From Candidatus Poseidoniaceae archaeon (GTDB lineage: Archaea > Thermoplasmatota > Poseidoniia > Poseidoniales > Poseidoniaceae): a DNA stretch of 64,000 bases. The translations under genes were made by a program, and so were the position numbers. Where the stretch lies: the NCBI GenBank assembly GCA_965662895.1, contig CBFIJH010000003.1, positions 66,318 to 130,317 of the forward strand, given 5' to 3'. Positions 1 to 9,296 of this stretch are shown here, piece by piece (the stretch's first letter is position 1; each line of letters opens with the position of its first letter). The notes under the pieces were generated by a model. The model was not told the DNA's origin. It ran no database searches and saw nothing but the letters and a program-made list of their open reading frames with translations.

Positions 1-211
1 CATGTGCATCTTCCTGAATGGCACAATCAACCACATCTTTTGCTGACCGATCATGACCTAAGTGGATGACTTCAGCACCCGAAGATTGAATCAATCTTCG
101 CATGACGTTGATGGCGGCATCATGACCATCAAACAGGGATGCTGCAGTGATGACACGTACCGGTCCTGTGCTTGTTTCAAACACCGGTTGCTCTTCAGCA
201 TCTTCGGCCAT
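1..211 (-). CDS. icmF: Fused isobutyryl-CoA mutase IcmF, N-terminal cobalamin-binding domain (partial, runs off window start)
   Basis: Not in ORF track. Hand translation from ATG at 211-209 gives [70 protein letters not shown]. The [16 protein letters not shown] and EVIHLGH.RS...VVDCAIQED motifs are the characteristic IcmF N-terminus (DxH B12 ligand). Confidence 0.85.
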   Translation of the reverse strand, partial: MAEDAEEQPVFETSTGPVRVITAASLFDGHDAAINVMRRLIQSSGAEVIHLGHDRSAKDVVDCAIQEDAH

Positions 212-253
212 GAACATCCGAAGCAAATGGAGTTCATGAAATCAAGGGTGCGT

Positions 254-1930
254 CTAGACTTCAGAGATTTCATCATCTGCCAAAGGAGGTAGGCCTTGTT
301 TTGCTCGAACATAATCTGTATAATTCCCAAAGTAGACTTTGATTTTCCCATTCTCAAGTTCCCAAATCCGATTGACGACTTGGTCGAGGAACCATCGGTC
401 GTGTGAGACAGTGATGAGCGAACCTTCGTAGCCAATGAGGGCTTCTTCGAGGGTTTCTTTTGATTCCATATCCAGGTGGTTGGTCGGTTCGTCCATCAAC
501 AGCAAGTTGTTGTCTTCGAGCAAGAGTTTGAGCAAGGCAACACGAGCACGCTCTCCACCGGAGAGTTGCTTGAGTTTGGTTCCAACCTGATCGCTTGAGA
601 ATTGGAACCGTCCCAGAGCAGCACGAATGTCTCCGTATTGGTAATCTGGGCGCAGCTTCTGAATTTGTTCAACAGGGTTCAGCTCAAAGTCGAGTGTGGC
701 GTGATCCTGATGGAAGTAACCAATCACTGTACCAGGCGAAACATCGATTTTTCCGGAATCGAGTTTCAGCTCCTCGTTGATGATTTTGAGCAAGGTCGTC
801 TTCCCTTGACCGTTTCCACCGACAATTCCAATGCGATCTCCTTTCCGGACTTCGAGGGTTTGGTTGTCGAGAATCGGTCGTTCAAGTCCTTCAAACGTCT
901 TGGTTGCATCAACGAGTTCCAACACGTCCATGCTTGCCTTATCGATGGCATCGAGTTTGAGAATCAATGGCTTTCGCTTTTTTGGCACTCGTGCTTTCAA
1001 TGCCTTGAGTTCTTGTTGCATTCGTGTGATCATCTTGTGTTTTGCAGAAATCGACTTGTCGTATTTGTTGGCTCGCTTCATCTGTTGAATAGCACCGGTC
1101 GTGGATTGGATTTTCTTTTCCAAATTACCAATTCGCTCATTGAGCGCTTGTTCGCTGGCAACTTTCTGGACGATGAATTGACTGTAGTTGCCTTTCCATG
1201 GCCATGCTCGCAAGTTGTCGATTTCGACGATTCTGTTGCAGACTTGGTCGAGGAAATATCGATCGTGTGAGACAATAAGTTGGGCTCCTTTGAAATCCTT
1301 CAGGAAGGCTTCCAACCATTCTGTCGTTTGAATGTCGAGGTGGTTGGTCGGCTCGTCGAGGAAGATGACATCAATGCCTGATAGACCGACAAGCTGTCGA
1401 GCAAGAGCAAGTTTTGCCTTTTCTCCGCCAGAGAGTTGAGATACGTGCATGTCCATTGGGTGTTTGTCAAGGCCGAGGCGTTCGAGAATACCTTTTGCAA
1501 TACCAGCAACGTTTCCACCTCCTGAAGAAGCGAGTGTCTGTTGAAGTTCGGAATACCGTTCCATCACAGGTTCCCAATCACCTTCGTAGAAGGCCGGGTC
1601 AACCATTTGTGCTTCAATTGCCGCAATCTCATCTTCCAATTCTTGGAACTGTCGGCCTTTGCGACCAAGTTCTTCTTCGATGGTTGAATCGGATTCAATG
1701 TCGCGAATTTGGGTAAGGTAAGCGATGCGAATTCCTGGTGCAAAATCAATCTCACCAACATCTTGTTGTTGTTCACTAATCGTGTTAAGCAGTGTTGTCT
1801 TCCCCGCCCCGTTGTGTCCGACAATACCGATTCGTTCACCATCGTTGACGATGAGATTGATGTCTTGCAAAACATCGGTTGGTCCGAAACTTCTGTCAAC
1901 GCCTTCAACTGTTATGAGTTCACGAACCAT
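254..1930 (-). CDS. ABC-F family ATP-binding protein (ribosome-associated, EttA/Uup/YheS-like)
   Basis: Two NBDs (GHNGAGKTT, GGNGQGKTT), two LSGGE signatures, two DEPTNHLD Walker B motifs, arm insertion in NBD1, helical inter-NBD linker, no TM segments. Confidence 0.92.
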   Translation of the reverse strand: MVRELITVEGVDRSFGPTDVLQDINLIVNDGERIGIVGHNGAGKTTLLNTISEQQQDVGEIDFAPGIRIAYLTQIRDIESDSTIEEELGRKGRQFQELEDEIAAIEAQMVDPAFYEGDWEPVMERYSELQQTLASSGGGNVAGIAKGILERLGLDKHPMDMHVSQLSGGEKAKLALARQLVGLSGIDVIFLDEPTNHLDIQTTEWLEAFLKDFKGAQLIVSHDRYFLDQVCNRIVEIDNLRAWPWKGNYSQFIVQKVASEQALNERIGNLEKKIQSTTGAIQQMKRANKYDKSISAKHKMITRMQQELKALKARVPKKRKPLILKLDAIDKASMDVLELVDATKTFEGLERPILDNQTLEVRKGDRIGIVGGNGQGKTTLLKIINEELKLDSGKIDVSPGTVIGYFHQDHATLDFELNPVEQIQKLRPDYQYGDIRAALGRFQFSSDQVGTKLKQLSGGERARVALLKLLLEDNNLLLMDEPTNHLDMESKETLEEALIGYEGSLITVSHDRWFLDQVVNRIWELENGKIKVYFGNYTDYVRAKQGLPPLADDEISEV

Positions 1931-1990
1931 GGTGGGTCACCAAACTGAGCCCAACGATGGGGCTTCAAAACCCAATCGGTCAAAAAACCC

Positions 1991-3901
1991 TCAGTTGATG
2001 GTTGCAATCGCTTCTTCGTGACGTTTCAAGAGGTTTCGCAACTTGACCTTCATTGATGGTGTTAACAGGTCATTGTCCGTGGTCCATTCTTCATGATCGA
2101 GGATGATGGTTGCTGGAATCTCGTACCCCTTCCATGTTGGAGCCTGCATTGAATTGGCCTTCAGCTCGGAGAGCATCCAGTCACGGGTTGATTGTCGAGC
2201 ACAAATCTCCTCATCGCTTCCTGATGCGTCAACGCCACCTGCCTTCATTGCAGCTTTCATTGCCTCAAGGTTCGGGTGAACGATGAGGTACGTCTTGAGC
2301 ATGTTTCGTCCATCGAGCGCAGCTTGCTCAACCAATGGTGAAAGTTTGACGTTCTCTTCGAGTGAAGCAGGTGAAACGTACTTCCCATTTTCGAGTTTGA
2401 ATTGACTCTTGACACGGCCAGTGATGGAGAGATAGCCATCAGGTGAGAGTTTCCCGAGATCTCCAGTACGGAAGGTTCCAGGTTCAATGATGACTTCCTT
2501 GGTTGCCTCTTCGTTGTTCCAGTAGCCGAGCATAACGTTCGGTCCAGTAACGATGATTTCACCTTCATCAGGTCGGTCAGGGTCGTCCCATGCATCGGTG
2601 TCGATGGTGACTTCAACCCCGTTCGCAACTTGGCCAACGCATCGAAGCTTCGACTTGCCTGGACCAGACCAGCCGTTTGCGGCCACCAAGGGCGCAGTCT
2701 CGGTCAACCCGTAGCCTTCGTAACAACTGAATCCGACCATTTGAATGAATTCAGCAACGTCGGGTGACAATGCAGCAGCACCGGACATACAGAAACGGAT
2801 GTTTCCACCGAACCGTGCTCGGACCTTGCTCCAAACGAGTTTGTCGTAGAGTTTGTCAAAGAAACCGCTTGGAGGGACAGCATCACATTCGACTCCAGCC
2901 TTAGCAATTCGCTTTGCAGCGGATTTCTTGGCCTTACCGATGAGAATCTTCTTGAGGCCAGTCGCCGCCTCGAATTGTGCGTTTACGCGGTCGTAGAACT
3001 TGTTCCAAACACGGGGAACAGCAAGAAGAACTGCAGGCTTAATTTCGATACACTCGTCAGCAATCTTGGTCAAGTCTGAGATGAGGTTGATGTGAACACC
3101 GCAACGAATCATCCAGTGAAGATCGAATGTACTTCCAAACGAATGCGCCCACGGAAGGAATGCCGCGTTCTTGTCACCGACATAGATCTTGAAGGCGGAT
3201 TGAACACAGAGGACGTTCGAGAGGGTGTTCCAGTTGGTGAGCATAACGCCCTTTGGGTTTCCAGTCGTTCCAGATGTATAGATGAGCGTGTTGAGTGCGA
3301 ATGGATCATCGGCAACATCGATGGCCTCTTCACTTGCTCGACCAGCGGCAACGAATTCTGCCCACTGATGGACGGTGACGCCTTCAGGAGGAAGTTCGTT
3401 TGCTGGCTCGTCACCGAGCAAGAGAACACCACAACGTGGCCACTTTGCTGCATCATCGGGCAAGTTTGCAATCAACTTGTCGAGGACTGTTGTATCGGCA
3501 ACAGCGATGAGTGATGGTTCGGAATCATCCAAAATGTAGGCCCATTCGGCACCGTGCTGGTGTGTGTACATGGCGGTGTATGCTGCACCGAGTGCGTTTG
3601 CTCCATAGGAAAGAGCAGCCCACTCGACGGAATTGTTGAGAATCATTGCAACTCGATCGCCAGCGTTGACTCCAACATCGCGAAGTTGCTTACCAACGGC
3701 AGCCGCAAGGTCACCGAATTCACGGTACGTTAGGTGAACACGTGGCATGCCAGGACTCGGAATGTATCCAAAACATGGATGTTCACTGAATCGCTCTGCG
3801 CTCGTCATAAGCATCTGGTAGAGTGTTCGAGGGTCGTCTCCCTCTGGCTTCTTCCATTGGCGGTCGTCAGGCTGTCGTTCCCACGCAAGTTGTTGTTGCA
3901 T
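1991..3901 (-). CDS. Long-chain fatty acid--CoA ligase (AMP-binding family)
   Basis: YTSGTTGNPKG, YEGYGLTET, FRTGDLG and GRVKSQFKLENGKYVSP motifs. Confidence 0.9.
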   Translation of the reverse strand: MQQQLAWERQPDDRQWKKPEGDDPRTLYQMLMTSAERFSEHPCFGYIPSPGMPRVHLTYREFGDLAAAVGKQLRDVGVNAGDRVAMILNNSVEWAALSYGANALGAAYTAMYTHQHGAEWAYILDDSEPSLIAVADTTVLDKLIANLPDDAAKWPRCGVLLLGDEPANELPPEGVTVHQWAEFVAAGRASEEAIDVADDPFALNTLIYTSGTTGNPKGVMLTNWNTLSNVLCVQSAFKIYVGDKNAAFLPWAHSFGSTFDLHWMIRCGVHINLISDLTKIADECIEIKPAVLLAVPRVWNKFYDRVNAQFEAATGLKKILIGKAKKSAAKRIAKAGVECDAVPPSGFFDKLYDKLVWSKVRARFGGNIRFCMSGAAALSPDVAEFIQMVGFSCYEGYGLTETAPLVAANGWSGPGKSKLRCVGQVANGVEVTIDTDAWDDPDRPDEGEIIVTGPNVMLGYWNNEEATKEVIIEPGTFRTGDLGKLSPDGYLSITGRVKSQFKLENGKYVSPASLEENVKLSPLVEQAALDGRNMLKTYLIVHPNLEAMKAAMKAGGVDASGSDEEICARQSTRDWMLSELKANSMQAPTWKGYEIPATIILDHEEWTTDNDLLTPSMKVKLRNLLKRHEEAIATIN

Positions 3902-3945
3902 AGACTATGGTGTGCATTGCTACACTTAATTTCATCCCCTACTCT

Positions 3946-4683
3946 TCATGGTTGGGGGATTTTTGAAATGGCATTGGCTCTCCAATCCGCACCACCGTTT
4001 CGATTTGCGAGTGGCGAAGCAGGGCTTGGGTGCCACATCGAATCGATATGGACATCGGTCAGTACCGATTGAGCACGCTTTTTTGCGTAGTTGCCAACAC
4101 CAACGACCGACTCGATGGCCATGATGTCAACGACCGCCTTGAGGTGTTTGTCACATGCTTTCAAAACGGGTTCAATGGTTGATTTTGGAAGATCGACAGG
4201 CGTTACATTGCGACCCGTTTCTCCAAGAATGAGAAGTGGACAGTGATTGACGACGAAGATGTTTGAAAAAATCGATTCAGTTGAACCATAATGTTCGGAT
4301 AACATCGACCAGAATCTCGTTCCTGAAACTTCCTGTCGTTCCATCGATAAACCTTCAATCGGTCGTTTTGGATGTGCCCCTGGAGGTGTTCTTACGTCCC
4401 GTTCTTTGATTTGTAGAATGTCTCGAGCCATCGCAGTCGCTCCGAAAGGAACACCTGTCTGCGCCATTCCATAGGGTCCTGGATTCATGCCAAGAAGGAG
4501 CGTTGTAGCACCAAATCCGCTCCATTTGTCGATGAATTGTTCATGATAGGCCCATGCATAATCAAGAGGATTTGTGACGTGTGCGACCGATTTGTGTTTC
4601 ATGATACGACCGATACCTCGATTGCAATCTTCTGAAAGGCGCAATGCTGCATCCTTCAATTGTTCCGAGATGGATTCTACCAT
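3946..4683 (-). CDS. SMUG1-like (family 3) uracil-DNA glycosylase
   Basis: GMNPGPYGMAQTGVPFG, EVSGTRFW, NHCPL and HPSPASP motifs of SMUG1. Confidence 0.9.
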   Translation of the reverse strand: MVESISEQLKDAALRLSEDCNRGIGRIMKHKSVAHVTNPLDYAWAYHEQFIDKWSGFGATTLLLGMNPGPYGMAQTGVPFGATAMARDILQIKERDVRTPPGAHPKRPIEGLSMERQEVSGTRFWSMLSEHYGSTESIFSNIFVVNHCPLLILGETGRNVTPVDLPKSTIEPVLKACDKHLKAVVDIMAIESVVGVGNYAKKRAQSVLTDVHIDSMWHPSPASPLANRNGGADWRANAISKIPQP

Positions 4684-5357
4684 GGAAGTTCGTCCCCTGT
4701 ATACTCGAAGAATCGTCCGCTTCGCTCCTCTGTTTGTTGATTGATCAATCCAATAAGGCCTTCAACAGATACAGAAGCAGGAACGGGAGCACGTTCGCCA
4801 CCCATGTCGGTCTTTGCCCAACCGGGGTGATAGGATGTCACCGTAATGTTGTCATTTTGTCCTTCCACAGCAAGGATTTTACTGATCATGTTCAATCCAG
4901 TCTTGCTGGTCCGGTACGCATATGATCGACCGCTCATACAATCATCAATCGAACCCATCAGGCTTGAAATGTTGGCAATCTTGGTTGGCATTGAACCTTG
5001 AAGCAGTGGCCAGAGTGCTTGTGAAACTCGTAATGGGCCAATGGTGTTCACGTTCAAAACATCGAGTGAGATTTCTGGATCAACCTCCTCAATGGATTGC
5101 CATCGTCCATCCATGCGACCTGCATTGTTGACGAGAACATCGATTGAATCCGTAACTGATTTGATATGATTCGCGAATTCTTTGACAGATGCTGTCGAGG
5201 CAACATCGAGTTGAAACACAGTCAATTGCGCATGTTCAAATTCCATTGCTTTAGGATCACGAACACCTGCAAGAACCGTGTGTCCATCTGCAAGGAGTTG
5301 CTTCGCAAATTCAAGCCCTAGTCCTCTGTTTGCACCAGTAATGACCCATGTCGCCAT
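4677..5357 (-). CDS. Short-chain dehydrogenase/reductase (CsgA/C-factor-like)
   Basis: TGANRGLG, NNAG, YRTSK (YxxxK), HPGWAKTDMGG; stop overlaps the start of the SMUG1 gene. Confidence 0.9.
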   Translation of the reverse strand: MATWVITGANRGLGLEFAKQLLADGHTVLAGVRDPKAMEFEHAQLTVFQLDVASTASVKEFANHIKSVTDSIDVLVNNAGRMDGRWQSIEEVDPEISLDVLNVNTIGPLRVSQALWPLLQGSMPTKIANISSLMGSIDDCMSGRSYAYRTSKTGLNMISKILAVEGQNDNITVTSYHPGWAKTDMGGERAPVPASVSVEGLIGLINQQTEERSGRFFEYTGDELPW

Positions 5358-5388
5358 AGGGATACGTGGTCAAGGGGATTCATTGAGG

Positions 5389-7146
5389 TTACTTGTCGCT
5401 CAATACGGACAACATGATGGAATCGAGATTGACCTTTGCCGCATCAAAAATTGCTTCAAGCGATGGATTCTCCTGCTTACGTTTTAATTTCGCACGAGAT
5501 GAAATGAGATTCCACGCTGCCTTTTTTCCAATACCCGGTATGGCTTCAAGCTGCTTTTCTGTAACTGTATTAATGTTCAAATCTGTCTCAACACCCGTGA
5601 TTGAACGTGCGCCATGTCCTGTAATCATAATGTCCGATGTCGTTTCAAGCGGAATGTGATATGTAACGCCAATGAGGATTGGATATGCACCAATTTGACG
5701 ACCGAAGGTAAGTCCTGCACGTCCATGGATACGCTTCCCAACGTGTTCTTCTGTAAGGTGGACAGGTAAACGCGTTCGCCCATCGTGGGTTTCCCAATGC
5801 ACATCTTTGAGAACATGACCTAGAGGAAACAATTCTTGCAGTAGTGGTGAATCGATGGTCTCACGTACAGCCGATTTGAACCGCTTGAACTCAACTTCTG
5901 GAATGTCTTGGAAACCGTCTCCCTCAACTTGCCGAATGTTGATTCTTCGCAACAAAAGTCCTTCATTCCTCAAGGATTGAAGCAGGTTTAGATTCATTTC
6001 ATAGGTTTCAGGACGTTCTCCATTGAGGCCCGCAATAAAATTCAGTCCTGGTAGGAGTTTGGGAAGTCCCCGTTCACCTCGTTCACGACCGTATTGATTG
6101 ATGAGTCGAAGTGCTGTCTTCAATTGATTGGAATCACAATTCAACCAATTTTCAGCATGGACATTTGGATCGGCTGACTCAAGACCGAACGATAAGACCG
6201 CACCATCTGAGAGTGTTTCAACCAACGTTTTCGTAATTTCAGTCGAAGGTTCGATGTTCTCTGCGATAATGGATGGATTCCCGTTATCGGTATGGAGAAT
6301 CTTCAACCGCTCATCTTCTCGTAATCCATGAAGCAGTTTGGCAATAGGTTCAGGATTTGGAATTGGATATTCAAGTTCCTTCACGCCGTCAGCCATGTAG
6401 GTGTAGGTGTCTGTCATTCCACCGAGTCGAACATGCTGAACTCCGGCATCATGAGCGAGTTTAACCTCTCGGATGATGTCTTCGGGCGTTCGCCAAATCG
6501 GAACACCTTTTTTTGGTTCGATGCAAAATTTGCATCCACGCTTGAATCGCACGCAGCCTTGGTAGACCTCTACCTCATAGGTCAGGGGGCCTTTCTTTTG
6601 CTCCATACCCAAATCAGGATGCTGCACGACGGCTTTGCTCTGTGCGCCAAGGTGTGCCCATGTTGTCCATTCCTCGCTTGTTCTCCGCTCATGTTTCCAT
6701 GTCCCTGTATTGAGGAATTGATGCAAGGTTGCATCGGTATCTTGAACAGACAAGAAGAGATTACTCCGAAGCGGTAACCATCCTTGTTGCTTCCAACCGC
6801 GAACGGCCCACCCGCCAAACAATGCAGGAATGTCGCGGGGCAGAGATCGAATCAGCTCAGTCGACTCTCTGCGAGATATCGGCGTTCCTCGAATGTAACG
6901 GCCAGGAACAACAGCACCAGCGATGCAAACGAATCCTTCCAATTCTCTGAGAATCCGGTCTTGTTCTTGCTCGGAGCATAATCGCCACTGATCGATGGTC
7001 ATGTATGTGTAATCGATGTTGTGCTGTTCGAGAACTCCACAAACATAGCGAATATGAAAACCGACGTATGGAGGAACACCAAAAGCGGCTGGTTCGTCCT
7101 CGTACCCATCGAGAACGAGCCAAGAAGGAGAATCGTTCTCTACCAT
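5389..7146 (-). CDS. Archaeal radical SAM protein with C-terminal helix-hairpin-helix (COG1031-like)
   Basis: N-terminal LDGYEDEPAAFGVPPY, Cys triad CVRFKRGCKFC (CX6CX2C), FGRQIGAYPILIG, HhH LEAIPGIGKK. Confidence 0.8.
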   Translation of the reverse strand: MVENDSPSWLVLDGYEDEPAAFGVPPYVGFHIRYVCGVLEQHNIDYTYMTIDQWRLCSEQEQDRILRELEGFVCIAGAVVPGRYIRGTPISRRESTELIRSLPRDIPALFGGWAVRGWKQQGWLPLRSNLFLSVQDTDATLHQFLNTGTWKHERRTSEEWTTWAHLGAQSKAVVQHPDLGMEQKKGPLTYEVEVYQGCVRFKRGCKFCIEPKKGVPIWRTPEDIIREVKLAHDAGVQHVRLGGMTDTYTYMADGVKELEYPIPNPEPIAKLLHGLREDERLKILHTDNGNPSIIAENIEPSTEITKTLVETLSDGAVLSFGLESADPNVHAENWLNCDSNQLKTALRLINQYGRERGERGLPKLLPGLNFIAGLNGERPETYEMNLNLLQSLRNEGLLLRRINIRQVEGDGFQDIPEVEFKRFKSAVRETIDSPLLQELFPLGHVLKDVHWETHDGRTRLPVHLTEEHVGKRIHGRAGLTFGRQIGAYPILIGVTYHIPLETTSDIMITGHGARSITGVETDLNINTVTEKQLEAIPGIGKKAAWNLISSRAKLKRKQENPSLEAIFDAAKVNLDSIMLSVLSDK

Positions 7147-7225
7147 GCTGCTCGTCTTGGCTACCGATTGATAGCATTATGTCCACAAACGTCGATGACA
7201 ATTGATATTTTGAGGGAAAGAATCT

Positions 7226-8575
7226 TCATCGATTCTTCTTTTTCTTTTCTTCGGCAATGGCTTTCATTTCTCGAGAGGATTTCCCACCGCGAGGCTCTTT
7301 CTTTCCACCGGATTGCGAAATGTCAACTTTTAATCGTCGACCGTTGAGTTCTTTCCCGTTGAGGGCTTTAACGACGTCATCACCCTTGTCTTTCTCATTG
7401 ATAAAGACGAAAGCGAATCCTTTCGGTTTGCCGCCTTTGTCCGTTGCGATGGCAATTTCATTGATCGTCGCTGCATCACCAAAGAATGCAGTAATCGCCT
7501 TTTCATCCGCATCGAATGGCAGGTTACCGACGTAGAGTTTCAATCCCTTTGCCGGTCCTTTCGAACGCTTTTCTTTGTTGTCAGCATCTCGAACACCAAT
7601 GCGACGTCCATGCAAGCGATGTCCATCAAGTTCCTTGATTGCAGCCTCAGCGTGTGATTTTTCCGTGTACGTTACAAATCCAAATCCTCTTGATGCTCCT
7701 GAATCATCGGTCATGACAATGCAATCCGTCATGTCACCATGCTTGCCAAAGAGTTCGCGAAGTTTTTCTGTGTCGACCTCTCGAGGAAGCCCTCCAACGA
7801 ACAAGCGGCACCCTGGCGCTGCTCTCTGTCGACGACCTCCACTCTGACCTTGGCCTACAAACCGGAAATACGTTCGCTCTCGCCCATCTTCACGGACGTC
7901 AGCAGCAATGTATGTTGCGCGACCAGAGGAACCATGAGCAAACAGTTGTTCAGCCTCCTTGCCCCAACGCTTTCCCGAGAGGTTCAATGTGGAGGCACCT
8001 TGCTCCAATTCGGCCCAACCAGCACCGAAGTTATCAGCAAGTGCACGATAACCTTCGTATTCGCACGTTGGACAAGCAACGTTCCAATCACCGTTGACAT
8101 GCGCCTCGAGGGTATCTCCACAGGGGGGACAAATTGCATGCAAAACGCCACAATCATCTCGTTCTCGGAAATCGAGTCGAACAACGGGTTCAATTTCGGT
8201 GACAATCGCACGCGCAACATCTCTTCGTCGTACTGCATCCGCAACGGTGTGAAGGAAGCGATCGACGATTCTCGTGACGTGGAAGTGTCCGTGGAGCTGA
8301 TGCGGAAGAACGTCCCCGCTCTTTCCTTCGACGGCGAGGATGCGTGCTTCACCACCCTTTTCTTGCAGTTTTTCGAATTGGCACAGGACTGTGTCACCAA
8401 TCTGAATGTTAACAATGGATTTTGTAGCGTCAACGATGATGTGTTCGTCTTCAATGCGCATGTAGCCCGTTGTTGTTGCCACGATGTGGTCATCAACAGT
8501 GGTTGTTCCTTCGCCAGCTCGATGTTTGCCGACGGTTCCAATTCTTGTTCCTGGGGTGACGAGGCTCGTCGTCAT
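7226..8575 (-). CDS. csl4: Exosome cap subunit Csl4 fused to two C-terminal RRM domains
   Basis: N-domain VTPGTRIG, S1 domain (IQIGDTVLC...HVTRI...DAVRRRDVARAIV), Zn ribbon GVLHAICPPCG...CPTC...YRALA; then RRM1 (LFVGGL / RGFGFVTY) and RRM2 (LYVGNL / KGFAFVFI) and a Lys-rich tail. Start set at ATG 8575 (ORF track uses GTG 8593). Confidence 0.85.
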   Translation of the reverse strand: MTTSLVTPGTRIGTVGKHRAGEGTTTVDDHIVATTTGYMRIEDEHIIVDATKSIVNIQIGDTVLCQFEKLQEKGGEARILAVEGKSGDVLPHQLHGHFHVTRIVDRFLHTVADAVRRRDVARAIVTEIEPVVRLDFRERDDCGVLHAICPPCGDTLEAHVNGDWNVACPTCEYEGYRALADNFGAGWAELEQGASTLNLSGKRWGKEAEQLFAHGSSGRATYIAADVREDGRERTYFRFVGQGQSGGRRQRAAPGCRLFVGGLPREVDTEKLRELFGKHGDMTDCIVMTDDSGASRGFGFVTYTEKSHAEAAIKELDGHRLHGRRIGVRDADNKEKRSKGPAKGLKLYVGNLPFDADEKAITAFFGDAATINEIAIATDKGGKPKGFAFVFINEKDKGDDVVKALNGKELNGRRLKVDISQSGGKKEPRGGKSSREMKAIAEEKKKKNR

Positions 8576-8671
8576 ATTTTCAACTCGCTGCACAAGCTGC
8601 CGATGTATCGACGCGTTGTGCTATTTTGATGCGAGCGATGCTCCCTTTTCAACCCCTCACATAGGTTTGCA

Positions 8672-9292
8672 TCATTTTTTCTTCTCGAGACGATAGCATC
8701 GTATGCGGGTCGAAGCCTTGTTTTTTGAGTGATGAGCATAGGCAGCAGGTAGGCGAAAATCGTCCTGATAAATTGAATGCAACGCATAGCCATTGTTGTG
8801 AGCAAGGGGTAAAAGATGCTCAGCACCAATGCTGTGAAGAAAATGAATAATCGGTATTTGCATTGCAAAAACCGTCTCAAAAAACACACGATCTGCGCGT
8901 TGGGTTTGAACACCCCACGGAGGGTTCATGATGGCAATGTCAACGGATTTTTGCAAGTCGATTGGACTTCCGATAACGGTCTGTTCGAGTACCGTGCACA
9001 TTGAATCACCCTCGACATCCTGGACATTTTTTCTCAAGACATCGACGGTTGTTGCGTCACACTCGATCAGCGTAACGTGGGCTGCGCCAAGAAAGGCTGC
9101 ACCTATTCCCAGAACTCCATTTCCAGCACCGAGGTCGAGAACGTGTTTCCCTTCGAATCCATCACCAAGATTGATTTTGGTTAACCATGCAGCGGCTAGG
9201 TTCCCTTCAGTTGGATACTGTTCAAGTTCAACGGAGTTGCATGGGTGTGGAGAAAGTGACGAAAGGCGCATCGCAAGATGCCGTTGACGCAT
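8672..9292 (-). CDS. METTL5-family SAM-dependent RNA (N6-adenine) methyltransferase (COG2263)
   Basis: LEQYPT, DLGAGNGVLGIGA SAM-binding motif, MNPPWG; adjacency to csl4 is a known euryarchaeal arrangement. Confidence 0.88.
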   Translation of the reverse strand: MRQRHLAMRLSSLSPHPCNSVELEQYPTEGNLAAAWLTKINLGDGFEGKHVLDLGAGNGVLGIGAAFLGAAHVTLIECDATTVDVLRKNVQDVEGDSMCTVLEQTVIGSPIDLQKSVDIAIMNPPWGVQTQRADRVFFETVFAMQIPIIHFLHSIGAEHLLPLAHNNGYALHSIYQDDFRLPAAYAHHSKNKASTRIRCYRLEKKK

Positions 9293-9296
9293 GCAT

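Noticed and set aside
91-435. 114-aa minus-strand ORF at the window start
   Set aside because: Overlaps the ABC-F end in another frame; a different frame gives the clear IcmF N-terminus.
7739-8629. 296-aa + strand ORF opposite csl4-RRM (likewise 61829-62746, 11015-11611, 12732-13361 and others)
   Set aside because: Antisense shadows of well-supported genes, with no motifs and atypical composition.
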